A stretch of 64,000 nt of DNA from Lepidodermella squamata (GCA_047495785.1 JBLDXI010000031.1:1-64000), one strand, 5' to 3'; positions 1 to 13,513 are shown, counted from the stretch's first letter. The notes: generated by a model not told the origin, from the letters alone. A program made the numbers and translations.

Positions 1-17
1 ACACATCTCGTGAGAGT
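1..17. other. Probable PacBio barcode remnant (bc1003 plus T overhang); not genomic
   Basis: ACACATCTCGTGAGAG(T) equals my recollection of the bc1003 barcoded overhang adapter. It sits at the start of the window, and the inverted-repeat match begins right after it. Confidence 0.8.
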
Positions 18-18
18 G

Positions 19-2342
19 TCCCCATTCTTCAAAACTTTGCAGGGTTAAAAGTTTTTAGTTTCGGATAAATAACACAATTTGTTATTTCAGGGTAAGAAGT
101 GACTTGCTTATCATGAACGTTGAAATTACACAAGTTAGAGTACTAGTGCTCGTCCTAGCTCTGATCAAAACTTGACTTCGAACTGATTAATTATTTGGAT
201 CATTTCATCTTCATGCTCATGCTTTTACAGGTCCGCAAGGCATCCAAGGCGGCGAGGGACCCAAGGGTGCGCAAGGCTCGAAGGGAGACCAGGGATCTCA
301 AGGCTCTAAAGGTGCCCAAGGCAGTCAAGGATCTAAAGGCGCTCAGGGTAAGACTTGAAATAACTTCCTACAGCCTCAGTATATTTTTTTCCATCCACTG
401 TAGGCTCGCAAGGATCCAAGGGCGATCAGGGTAGCCAAGGTTCGAAGGGTGCCCAAGGCTCCCAAGGATCTAAAGGCGCCCAAGGCTCGCAGGGCTCGAA
501 GGGTGAGCAAGGTAGCCAGGGCTCCAAGGGTGCCCAGGGTAGCCAAGGCTCTAAAGGACAACAAGGTATGTTTTCCGACTATTTTGCTTGCTACCTGCAA
601 TGTATTCCATATCACAGGCTCGCAGGGATCTAAAGGCGCCCAAGGCTCTCAAGGTTCAAAGGGTGCCCAAGGTAAACTTCAATCGGCATGACAGCGTCAG
701 GATTTCCATTACATAAATTTGTGTACTACAGGATCACAAGGTTCTAAAGGTGCCCAAGGAAGCCAAGGTTCAAAGGGCCAGAAGGGTGACATTGGTTCAA
801 CTGGACCGCAAGGATCGATAGGCTCAATCGGTACGGCTATTAATAACGCCAAATTGCAACAACATATTTTATTTCTTTTTTATTGCTACAGGACCTATTG
901 GCCCTATGGGACCTCAGGGTTCGAAGGGTGACAAGGGCGACAAAGGCGATCAAGGCTCGAAGGGCGCTCAAGGTTTGCTGGACAAAAACGTTTTTAACGC
1001 TTTCTACCCATTTTGTTTCGAAACAGGATCACAAGGTTCTAAAGGAGCCCTGGGAGCCCTGCTCTCCCTTAGATCCTTGCGAACCTGCAATGGAAAAGGA
1101 GTTAAGAAAGTACAGATATGGAGCGTAGTGCTAAACAAACCCTGAGCACCCTTCGATCCTTGGCTGCCTTGAGCTCCCTTGGAACCCTGGCTACCTTGTT
1201 CTCCTTTGCTGCCCTGAGATCCTGATAAACAATGACAAAGATTTTAAGACTGGCGGTATAAGTGCAGGGTTGTACCCACCTTGAGCTCCCTTAGAACCCT
1301 GGCTTCCCTGGGCTCCTTTAGAACCTTGTGATCCTGTTTCGAAACAAAATGGGTAGAAAGCGTTAAAAACGTTTTTGTCCAGCAAACCTTGAGCGCCCTT
1401 CGAGCCTTGATCGCCTTTGTCGCCCTTGTCACCCTTCGAACCCTGAGGTCCCATAGGGCCAATAGGTCCTGTAGCAATAAAAAAGAAATAAAATATGTTG
1501 TTGCAATTTGGCGTTATTAATAGCCGTACCGATTGAGCCTATCGATCCTTGCGGTCCAGTTGAACCAATGTCACCCTTCTGGCCCTTTGAACCTTGGCTT
1601 CCTTGGCACCTTTAGAAACCTTGTGATCCTGTAGTACACAAATTTATGTAATGGAAATCCTGACGCTGTCATGCCGATTGAAGTTTACCTTGGGCACCCT
1701 TTGAACCTTGAGAGCCTTGGGCGCCTTTAGATCCCTGCGAGCCTGTGATATGGAATACATTGCAGGTAGCAAGCAAAATAGTCGGAAAACATACCTTGTT
1801 GTCCTTTAGAGCCTTGGCTACCCTGGGCACCCTTGGAGCCCTGGCTACCTTGCTCACCCTTCGAGCCCTGCGAGCCTTGGGCGCCTTTAGATCCTTGGGA
1901 GCCTTGGGCACCCTTCGAACCTTGGCTACCCTGATCGCCCTTGGATCCTTGCGAGCCTACAGTGGGATGGAAAAAAATATACTGAGGCTGTAGGAAGTTA
2001 TTTCAAGTCTTACCCTGAGCGCCTTTAGATCCTTGACTGCCTTGGGCACCTTTAGAGCCTTGAGATCCCTGGTCTCCCTTCGAGCCTTGCGCACCCTTGG
2101 GTCCCTCGCCGCCTTGGATGCCTTGCGGACCTGTAAAAGCATGAGCATGAAGATGAAATGATCCAAATAATTAATCAGTTCGAAGTCAAGTTTTGATCAG
2201 AGCTAGGACGAGCACTAGTACTCTAACTTGTGTAATTTCAACGTTCATGATAAGCAAGTCACTTCTTACCCTGAAATAACAAATTGTGTTATTTATCCGA
2301 AACTAAAAACTTTTAACCCTGCAAAGTTTTGAAGAATGGGAC
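19..2342. repeat. ~1.03 kb near-perfect inverted repeat (arms ~19-1050 and ~1311-2342, ~260 bp spacer); likely chimera artifact
   Basis: The arms are reverse complements, introns included. The differences I saw are homopolymer-type indels (ccatcc vs gggatgg; gttctaaa vs tttagaaacc). Confidence 0.92.
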
Positions 2343-5300
2343 GAACCACGGCAAAATGAACAACAGAGATTAGGAATTTGTATGAGAAAGTTAATATGCC
2401 ACGGCATAAGCATACATGACCGCTGTTACTTCGGTCAATTTCGTAGAAAATAAAGACTAATTTTAATTCCCAAGAAAATTGTATGAGAATGTAGATAGAA
2501 TTCGGGCGGAATCATGAGAGGCTGCCGATAGATAGAAAGGAAAAGTAAGAGAGTGAAACAAACCTCGCGGACCGATAGGTCCAGCATTGCCCTTCGAGCC
2601 ACGGCTGCCCATAAGACCTCTCGATCCTTGGCTACCTTGTTCACCCTTCGAGCCTTGAGATCCTTGAGAGCCCTTAGATCCTTGGCTGCCCTGCTCACCC
2701 TTTGAACCTTGGCTTCCCTGAGCGCCCTTCGAGCCCTGCGAACCTTGTTCGCCCTTCGAGCCCTGGCTGCCTTGTTGCCCCTTCGAACCTTGAGAACCCT
2801 GAGCACCCTTTGAGCCTTGACTACCTTGGGCGCCTTTAGATCCTTGTGATCCTTGTTCACCCTTTGATCCTTGGCTACCTTGCGCTCCCTTAGAGCCCTG
2901 CGAGCCTTGCTCGCCCTTAGATCCTTGTGAACCCTGAGCTCCCTTAGAACCTTGAGATCCCTGAGAACCCTTTGAGCCTTGAGAGCCCTGAGCGCCCTTT
3001 GAGCCTTGGCTGCCCTGAGCACCCTTCGAGCCTTGAGATCCCTGAGCACCCTTTGATCCCTGCGGGCCTTGTGCGCCCTTGGATCCTTGAGAACCTTGAT
3101 CGCCTTTGTCGCCCTTGTCACCTGGATAAAAATTAAATAAATCAAAACGCAAAACAGCCAATGTTCGAAAACTCACCCTTGGATCCTTGTGGTCCCATAG
3201 GTCCGATGGGTCCTATGAAAAAAGAAGACATATCAAGTCAAATATCGATTATGGACATTGTTATCATACCGATTGATCCTTGCGGGCCTTGAGAACCTTG
3301 CGAACCGAGATCCCCTTTCTGGCCCTTGGAGCCTTGGCTGCCTTGTTGACCTTTAGATCCTTGCGATCCCTGAGCGCCCTTGGAGCCTTGGCTACCTTGC
3401 GCACCCTTGGAGCCCTGTGAACCTTGGGCACCTTTGGAGCCTTGCGAGCCCTGTGCGCCCTTCGAACCCTGACTGCCTTGAGCACCCTTGGAGCCTTGGC
3501 TACCTTGCTGACCCTTCGAACCCTGGGATCCTTGGGCACCCTTGGAGCCTTGCGAGCCCTGAGCACCCTTCGATCCTTGGCTGCCTTGTTCTCCTTTCGA
3601 GCCTTGACTGCCTTGAGCACCCTTCGATCCTTGAGAACCCTGAGCACCCTTAGATCCTTGCGATCCTTGAGCACCTTTAGAGCCCTGAGAGCCTTGGGCA
3701 CCTTTGCTACCCTGGGAGCCTGCAACAGATAACAAATGTACGCATGAATTGAAGGTTTGAAATGAAAAACATACCTTGTTCGCCCTTCGAGCCTTGTGAA
3801 CCTTGGGCACCCTTAGAGCCTTGATCACCTTTCTGTCCCTTGTCGCCTTTAGAGCCTTGAGAACCTTGACTGCCTTGTGGACCAGTCGGGCCTAGAAAAT
3901 TTCATTAGACATAAGAAAATTTGCCACGGAATTATAGTGAATTCCCTACCCATTGGTCCAATAGGTCCGATCGAACCTTGGCTGCCCTGGCTGCCTTTCT
4001 CGCCTTTAGATCCTTGTGAACCTTGTGCGCCTTTCGAGCCCTGCGAGCCTTGTGCGCCTTTCGAGCCTTGAGAACCTTGGTCGCCCTTTGAGCCCTGGGA
4101 ACCTGTTGAAAATATGCAGTAAAATCATGCATCTGTAAAAACATGGTAAAATAGCACAAACCTTGGCTGCCCTTAGACCCTTGACTGCCTTGAGCACCTT
4201 TCGAGCCCTGAGAGCCTGCATTGATAAAATGAAAAATAATCGAAAATGTTAGGGTAGAAACATACCTTGTTGACCCTTCGAGCCCTGGCTTCCTTGGTCT
4301 CCTTTGTCTCCTGCGCATAACAAAGAAATGGTCAAATCGATAAAATCAAAAGAAAATGAAACGTACCCTTCGAGCCTTGAGCACCCTTAGAACCTTGGGA
4401 GCCTGCCCAGAACAAAAAATATCATTAAGAGTTTCAGATCACTTCATTTGACAAACCTTGATCGCCCTTAGAACCCTTCGATCCTTGCGAGCCATGATCA
4501 CCTTTCTCACCTTTGGAACCTTGGCTTCCCTGAGCACCCTTTGAGCCCTGAGAGCCCTGAGCACCCTTGGAACCTTGAGAACCTTGCGCACCTTTAGATC
4601 CCTGACTGCCCTGCTCTCCTTTCGATCCTTGTGATCCTTGGGCACCTTTGGAACCCTGAGATCCTTGAGAACCTTTGCTTCCTTGGCTGCCTTGGTCTCC
4701 CTTTTGGCCTATAAAGAATTGAAAAATTAGCTCAAGAAATTAAATGAAGTTAAGAAAACGGACCCTTTGAACCTTGAGGACCCATTGGACCGATCGGACC
4801 TAAATAACAATGTCATGAAGAATCAATTATGGAATACACGTTTAATCCTACCGATAGATCCTTGCGAACCATGATCACCTTTCTCGCCCTTCGAGCCTTG
4901 ACTGCCTTGTGCACCCTTTGAGCCTTGGGAACCCTGAGCACCCTTCGAACCCTGTGAGCCTTGAGAACCCTTAGAACCTTGAGAACCTTGAGCGCCCTTT
5001 GATCCTTGACTGCCTTGAGCACCCTTGGAGCCCTGTGAGCCTTGAGCGCCCTTAGAGCCTTGCGAGCCCTGTTCACCCTTCGAACCCTGACTGCCTTGAG
5101 CACCCTTAGAGCCCTGAGATCCTTGCGCACCCTTCGAACCTTGGGAGCCTTGGGCACCCTTGGATCCTTGCGATCCTTGTTCACCCTTTGAGCCTTGAGA
5201 ACCTTGAGCACCCTTCGACCCTTGAGATCCCTGGGCACCCTTCGAGCCTTGGCTACCCTGTTCACCTTTACTACCCTGTGAACCTGTAAATACAAAGTAG

Positions 5301-8300
5301 ATTAAATTTCAAGAAAGACATTTCTTCCAGGCAAAGTTACCTTGTGCTCCCTTTGATCCTTGGCTTCCTTGAGCGCCCTTCGAACCTTGTGACCCTTGGG
5401 CTCCCTTGCTGCCTTGGCTGCCTTGGTCTCCCTTTTGGCCTGTAGGAATTCAATGATAAAATTTATAAATGCAAACGCGAGGAAACAACTCACCCTTTGA
5501 ACCTTGAGGACCCATTGGACCAATTGGACCTGCAAAAAGCGGGCATAAACTTATTTTTACGAAATTCATCTCAAGTCATACCGGCAGAGCCTTGCGAGCC
5601 TCGCGATCCCATCAATCCTTTAGATCCTTGAGAACCTTGAGCACCCTTGCTGCCCTGGCTACCTTGGGCGCCCTTCGATCCTTGAGAGCCTACAATCAAA
5701 TTGAATAATTAGAGATATGCAGAAATGACAAAATAATTATAAACAGACCTTGAGCTCCCTTCGATCCTTGACTGCCCTGATCACCCTTCGAGCCTTGGCT
5801 TCCGTGATCGCCTTTCTCGCCCTTGGAACCTTGGGCGCCCTTTGATCCTTAAAATTGAATCAGCATAATAAATGGCAGCTCTTAAGCAAGATTGTGACAA
5901 ACCTTGTGATCCTTGGCTACCTGTAGTGGTTGGAGAAGAAAACAGTTAAGGATTAGTGGCCAGGTCTTGAAAAAACAAACCCTTGGAGCCCTGAGAACCC
6001 TGATCACCCTTCGAGCCTTGGTTGCCCTTAGAGCCTTGATCACCCTTGCTTCCGAAAGCGCCTGTGAATAAAAAAGTTGAAAAACTTCAAGCCATCGAAA
6101 TCAAATTAGCGTACCTTTTTCGCCCTTTGAGCCTTGGCTTCCTTGGGCACCCTTCGAGCCTTGACTGCCCTGGGCGCCCTTTGAGCCTTGAGAGCCTTGG
6201 GCGCCTTTAGAGCCTTGCGATCCTTGGGCGCCTTTCGAACCTTGGGAGCCTTGTTCACCCTTGGAGCCTTGCGAGCCCTGAGCGCCTTTGCTGCCCTGAG
6301 ATCCTGCAAAATAAAATGTTCAATCAAATTCGAAAATAATTTCCATCACAAATAATGAATAATAGGGGAAACAGCTCAATCGACTTGCATACGTTTCTAA
6401 TATAATTGCCTATAATTGAGGAACTGCGAGCCATCCAAACAATATCTAGCCAAAATTAATCCTGCAAGTTATGGGAAATAATGATTCTCCAGGTTCACGG
6501 TGCCCAATGAAATAACACATGTTTTGGCAAACCAATGAAGAGACGCGATATCGAAAGGAAAAATCGCGTGAAATCGTGACGTTCTTACAATACAGCCACA
6601 CGATAGGTGGACCTCAAATTCGTACTAGCCAGGGTTAGAATTTCAGCGCAATAAGATACACTTATACAAATGCAATGCAAAACACACCTTGTGCTCCCTT
6701 AGAGCCTTGAGATCCTTGGCTGCCTTTCGATCCTTGCGAACCCTGATCGCCCTTTTGACCTGGAAAATTGAATGCGATACATTTTGAGGGAACGGTTTAA
6801 AGACTATATCGTGCATTACCTTTAGAGCCCTGAGGACCCATTGGACCGATAGGACCTAACGTAGAAAAATTAAAGCTGTTATCAGACTTATATTCGATTA
6901 CATTAGGTACATACCGATTGAGCCTTGGCTGCCTTGGTCTCCTTTTTGTCCCTTCGAACCCTGAGAACCTTGTGCGCCCTTAGACCCTTGGCTACCCTGA
7001 GCACCCTTTGAACCCTGAGATCCCTGAGCACCTTTAGAACCTTGCGATCCCTGGGCTCCCTTCGAACCTTGAGATCCTTGGGCACCTTTAGAACCTTGGC
7101 TACCTTGTGCTCCCTTGGAGCCCTGCGACCCTTGAGCACCCTTCGAGCCTTGGGAACCTTGCTCGCCCTTAGAACCTTGGCTACCCTGAGCACCCTTCGA
7201 GCCCTGGGAGCCTTGGGCACCCTTTGAACCTTGTGAGCCTTGAGCCCCTTTAGATCCTTGCGATCCCTGTTCACCCTTTGAACCTTGAGAACCTTGGGCG
7301 CCTTTAGATCCTTGAGAACCCTGAGTGCCTTTCGAGCCTTGCGAACCTTGCTGGCCCTTGGAACCTTGCGACCCTTGAGCACCCTTGCTACCTTGGCTAC
7401 CCTGCTCCCCCTTCGATCCCTGAGAGCCTTGAGCGCCTTTCGAGCCTTGCGATCCTTGTGCGCCTTTCGAACCTTGGGAGCCTGAAATCAAAAATATAGA
7501 ATTCATTTCTTCGCTAACAGTTACAAGTCGGAAACCTCACCTTGGCTTCCTTTCGACCCCTGGCTGCCTTGATCACCCTTTTGTCCTGGAAAACAAGACA
7601 TGCAGAAAGAGCAAGAAAACATGTTTAAACGTACCTTTGGAACCCTGAGGACCCATGGGGCCAATCGGGCCAATTGAACCAATAGAGCCTTGAGAACCGA
7701 CTTCTCCCTTGTCCCCTTTCGAGCCCTTAGATCCTTGGGATCCCTGTGCGCCCTTGGATCCTTGTGAACCTTGAGCGCCCTTGGATCCTTGCGAACCCTG
7801 AGCCCCCTTGGAGCCTTGGCTACCCTGAGCACCCTTAGAACCTTGCGAACCTTGAGCGCCCTTGCTGCCTTGGCTACCCTGAGCACCCTTAGAACCTTGC
7901 GAACCTTGATCGCCCTTGCTGCCTTGGCTACCCTGAGCACCTTTGGAGCCCTGCGATCCTTGTGCTCCCTTCGACCCTTGGGAGCCTTGAGCGCCTTTGG
8001 ACCCCTGAGAACCCTGTGCACCCTTTGATCCCTGTGAGCCTTGGGCACCTTTAGATCCTTGAGAACCCTGTTCACCCTTAGACCCTTGCGAGCCCTGGGC
8101 ACCTTTCGAACCTTGAGTGCCTTGGGCACCCTTGGATCCTTGTGAACCTGCGGGGCAAAAAAGATATATTCCAGCATTACTTGTAATTGTGAAACCTACC
8201 CTGCGCGCCCTTGGAGCCTTGAACACCCTGAGGACCCTCTGAACCTTGCGGGCCCATTGGACCGATGGGACCACGTGAACCTAGAAAATAAATATAAATT

Positions 8301-11300
8301 AGGGAATTGGTAATTGGTGAGCCAATAAAAACATACCGATTAGACCTTTAGATCCCATCAATCCTAACAAAAACGCGAGTATATTAGAAGAAACACTCAT
8401 TGTTAAAATTGAACCAACCTTGCGCTCCTTTAGAGCCTTGGTCGCCTTTATAGCCTTTAGAGCCTTGAGAGCCATGATCACCCTTTTCACCCTTCGAACC
8501 TTGCGAACCATGGTCACCTAAAATTCAAGTTGAAAGTGAACATAGTATGTTGATTATATTCTTATCTTACCTTTAGATCCTTGGACACCTGGAATCAGAA
8601 ATTTATACAACATAATAATTCGGATGTAATTATCAATCCAAATATCTCACCCTTCGATCCTTGGGCACCTTTGGAACCTTGACTTCCCTGGTCTCCTTTG
8701 TCACCTTTAGAGCCTTGACTTCCTTGAGCACCCTTGCTCCCTTGGCTGCCCTGTTCGCCTTTGGAACCTTGAGAGCCTTGGGCTCCCTTAGATCCCTGGG
8801 AACCCTGAGCACCTTTCGATCCCTGAGATCCTGTTAAATGTTGAAAATCATCGTTATGAAATTCTAAGAGCATAAATTATGCACATACCTTGAGCGCCTT
8901 TGGAGCCTTGGCTACCTTGAGCGCCCTTGGAGCCTTGAGAGCCTTGCTCACCCTTAGAACCTTGAGAGCCTTGGGCACCTTTAGAACCTTGGCTACCTTG
9001 AGCGCCCTTGGATCCCTGAGAGCCTGTTTGGTGAAATTCATTATCTCGGAGTTTTCAAAACCAAGCAATTCATACCTTGATTTCCCTTGGATCCTTGATC
9101 GCCTTTGTCGCCCTTTGTTCCTGAAATGAAATATTTAGAAGAGAAACAGGAAGTTATGCAAATGACTGACCTTTAGAGCCTTGTGGACCCATGGGACCAA
9201 TAGGTCCAATAGAACCGATGGAACCCTGCGGACCGATGTCTCCCTTGTTGCCCTTGTCACCCTTTGAGCCCTGGCTTCCCTGAGCGCCCTTGGATCCCTG
9301 ACTGCCTTGCGCACCCTTCGATCCTTGACTGCCCTGAGCGCCTTTAGAGCCCTGGCTACCTTGAGCACCCTTGGAGCCCTGTGAGCCTTGTTCGCCCTTG
9401 GAACCTTGGCTACCTTGTTGGCCCTTCGATCCCTGAGAACCTTGAGCACCCTTGCTGCCTTGGCTGCCTTGTGCGCCCTTTGAACCCTGGCTTCCCTGAG
9501 CGCCCTTTGAACCTTGCGATCCCTGAGCACCCTTCGAACCCTGGCTACCCTGAGCCCCTTTGGAACCCTGTGAGCCTTGGGCACCTTTAGAGCCTTGAGA
9601 GCCTTGGGCTCCCTTAGAGCCTTGGCTACCCTGAGCACCCTTTGAACCCTGCGGGCCCATAGGACCAATTGGACCGATCGATCCTTGCGAACCTTGGTTG
9701 CCCTTGTCGCCTTTGTCGCCCTTCGATCCTTGCGAACCTTGTGCACCCTTCGAACCCTGGCTACCTTGGTCACCTTTTTGACCTTTAGAGCCCTGAGAAC
9801 CTTGAGCGCCCTTGGATCCTTGGTTACCTGTTTGCAAATGTACAATTTAAAAACAGATTTTCATAACCATTGTATCTCACCTTTCGAGCCCATAAGACCT
9901 TTCGATCCTTGAGACCCTTGATCTCCTTTGGTTCCTTTGCTACCCTGGCTGCCTTGGTCACCTGTTAAGTTAATCATTCGTAAAATTAACACAGCATCAG
10001 TAGGTAATTGATTTCTTACCTTTAACGCCCTTAGATCCCTGGCTACCTTGAGCACCTTTGGATCCTTGCGATCCTGTAATAAAACACATTTTAGGATCAC
10101 AAACTATCAAGCGTAGAAAATCTTACCTTGAGCGCCTTTAGAGCCCTGAGAACCTTGCGCACCCTTAGATCCTTGAGAGCCTTGGGCACCTTTGGAGCCC
10201 TGGCTACCCTGAGCTCCTTTAGAGCCTTGCGAGCCTTGTTCACCTTTGGATCCCTGCGAGCCCTGAGCACCCTTGGAACCTTGAGAGCCCTGGGCACCTT
10301 TGGAACCCTGGGAGCCTTGGGCACCCTTCGAGCCTTGGTCTCCTTTTTGTCCTTTGGAACCCTGTGGGCCTAAAAAAAAAGCAGCAAAAAATTAGCTCCA
10401 TTCAGTTCACTAAAACAAATCCACTCACCCATGGGACCAATTGGGCCGATCGAACCAATATCACCGTCGTGGCCTGTTGAACACAAATATTAGTAAAAGG
10501 CATTTGCAAGAGATTGCTTTAATCTCACCTTTCTGACCTTTCGAACCCTGGCTTCCTTGGTTACCTGGTAAATTAAAGGAATGAGCAAAGTGAAATAGTT
10601 TATTCAGACACATACCTTTGTTGCCCTTGGAACCTTGGTCTCCCTGGTGGCCCTTCGATCCTTGGGAGCCTGGATAGAAATAAAGCAATTTGAGTAATCA
10701 AAAAGCGCATTATTGAGATGCGCCTACCTTGAGCACCCTTGGATCCTTGGCTTCCTTGTGCGCCTTTCGAGCCTTGGCTTCCCTGGGCACCTTTGCTGCC
10801 CTGAGAGCCTGTGAAAATAGATAATAATTGCTAGAAATTTAGAGAAAATAATAGATATTTCATACCTTGGGCACCCTTGCTGCCTTGACTGCCCTGGGCG
10901 CCTTTAGATCCTTGGCTTCCTTGTACGCCTTTAGATCCTTGATCACCCTTTAGGCCTTTGCTGCCCTGGGAGCCTTTAAAACGAAGATGATGTAGAACGC
11001 GGAAATAAATCATTATAAAACAAACCCATGTCACCCTTGGAGCCAATATCGCCTCGGCCACCTTTCGATCCCCACGGACCCTCAGGACCTAAGTAGAATC
11101 ATTTTTTTTATGACGAAAGCTATTTTATAATAGAAAAAATCACTCACCAATAGGACCTTCGAAGCCGCGATCTCCCTTCGTGCCTGGTAAAAAAATCAGC
11201 ATGCAGGTTCGAAAAAATTAAAATAATAAAATTTAAACAAACCAGGACAACCGTTCTTTCCGTTCAGACCAGCTTCGCCTGACGACGCCAGAAATATATT

Positions 11301-13513
11301 GAATCGAATACCTCATCGGTGAATTTCAAGTTACCTTTCGATCCTGTTTAATACGGAAAGGATGCATTCAATAGACAATTTATTCAGATTATCATGTTAA
11401 CTTACCATCGATACCAGCGTCACCTTTCGCACCCTTATGACCAGGAGCGCCAGGGCAACCTACGAACCAAATCAAGCAGGTGATTAGCCCATTTCAGGCG
11501 GAAACAACCGTACCTTCTTGACCCTTAACACCTGCGCACAAAAATAAGCAGTTCAGCCAAAATCATTACACGGCAGTGATGAAAATTACCTCCTTCACCA
11601 GGCGTTCCTTGATCTCCTTTGTCACCCTTGGAACCCTGGGTGCCGGCACTACCGGGGGTGCCATCAGTACCGTTAAAACCAGGTGTGCCGTTTTTTCCAT
11701 CGCAACCAGGTTCTCCCTTTGGACCTATCAAGGTAAAACCAAAGTGAATAAACGCTGTATTTTGGCGCAGTGTAACAAACCAGGACCGCCGGGTGTACCG
11801 GGTCTGCCGTCAACGCCCTTGTAGCCTTTGAAATTGATAATACATTAAACAGAGCCTTTTTCTTGGTAAAACCACATACCATCGATACCCTTGGTTCCGT
11901 TCACACCGGCATCACCCTTGGAACCTAAAGAAGAATAAAATAATCACACCAAATCATCAATGACAAGCAAAATGTGTACCTTTTGGACCTGAAGGACCAG
12001 GGCAACCTGTTCGAAAATGTTGCGTAGAAATTGTTAACAGGTACATGTTTACTTCAACTTACCTTCATTGCCTTTGTAACCTGAGAGAAAAAGAGACGAA
12101 AAATAGACATTCAATTGCTGGCAAATCAATAATCAATATTGTAGAGGATTATGGTTAGTATGGTAAGTAATATTGGTAAGTACACGAGAGACAGCATCGA
12201 TAATTTCAAGCACTAAACGTATTAGAGCGTCAATTCAGCTAGACTTAGGCATGAACACCACTAGCTCATCATTCAAGTTAGAGGAAGTCAATCTCTGACA
12301 CTACCGAGTAAACGTCGATCTTGGCAACTGACAATTTTGAAATTTAGCGCGCATATTTGGTTTCAAGGTGAAAATTTTTTAATTACAACTTTTTATGACA
12401 TTAATAAATTAAATAATTTGTATATTACATTTTTAGTTTTTTATGATAACAAATGTCCGCAGCATTTTTGAAGAAAAAAAGATAACCCGTGTTGCAGGTT
12501 GAGCGGTTTTGGCTTGACCTCTTAGGTTGAACGTTTTAATTTAATTTTTTTTGTTACAGCCTGATATTTCATTAGCAGGGGAAAGATGATTAGGATACTA
12601 TTTTCAGATGCTTACCGTCAACACCGGGTCTTCCGTCGTTTCCTTTGTCACCCTTTCCACCCTTCTCGCCACCAATGTTGTTGCGGCAGTACCACATCGT
12701 GTATTGGCAGTAAGTTTTGACGTTGTCCTTTGTTAAGCAGTCCATAGTCGTAGACAAAAAGTCAGTTACCGGCTCAGCAATAAAGCCCAGCGGACAGCGC
12801 GCTTCGTTGTTAGCGGCAGCATTCCCAATTGGTTGGCAGGGGTGACCCGGTGCTAGACCAGCACACGAATCACAGGTTGAGAAAACACCACCGAACTCAT
12901 CTTGCGGGCCAGAATAATTGTAGCAGACCCTGAAGTAACAAGTTTGCAGCGGGGCTGAGTTGACAGCGTCGCTATAGCGACACAGCATCGGGAAAGTTGT
13001 TGATACGTAATTCGGCCCACAGTCCGTGACGTTGGTATTGAAGCAATTGACAGTTGTATTTCGGCCATTGTTCAACACCGTGAAGAATACCGCAGAGCCG
13101 AAATTCGGATCACCTTGCGCACGCCAGCACCCAGCCATGCTGCTCATACAGTATTGGGTTGAGGAAGCGAAGCGGGAGTACGGCCACAAGGAGGTCGAGG
13201 ACAGCGATCTCCTCGTATCAGGCGGACACATGAAGCTGCTCATGTAGGAATTGTGGTACCCGCCTCCTTGATTGCCAGTGCATGCGCTTGTTCCGGTCGT
13301 ACTGAACGATGTCGTTTGAGAGAAAAAGCCGGCAAAGTTTGAGATAGCTCGCCGTTCTCGATGCAGCTGATGCGAGAACGTCGGCAGCAAGTCGATATCA
13401 TCTCCCATATCGCCTAATGCTTCGGCACGGGCTGATGCTGCCTTGGCACTGGCGAGGAAACCGGCGAGTAACAATACCAATATCATTGGCAACTCCCCGG
13501 GTGAAATTGCCAT
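1051..13513 (-). CDS. Secreted collagen-like protein: signal peptide, furin site, Cys-rich N-terminal domain, very long (GSQGSKGAQ)n Gly-X-Y region; dozens of exons; 3' end not in window
   Basis: Exon 1 (13513 to ~12615) reads [25 protein letters not shown]...RERR then ~16 Cys, then [10 protein letters not shown]. Downstream exons are Gly-X-Y blocks separated by ~50-60 nt GT-AG introns. Confidence 0.92.

Noticed and set aside
195-1145. Plus-strand collagen as a real inverted paralog
   Set aside because: It is essentially identical to the minus-strand copy including introns, starts at a barcode-like sequence and switches strand mid-exon; an artifact is more likely.
376-10373. Arg/Lys/Leu-rich ORFs (KVLRALK..., LGALRAL...) overlapping the collagen
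   Set aside because: They are alternate-frame and antisense shadows of the 27-nt repeat.
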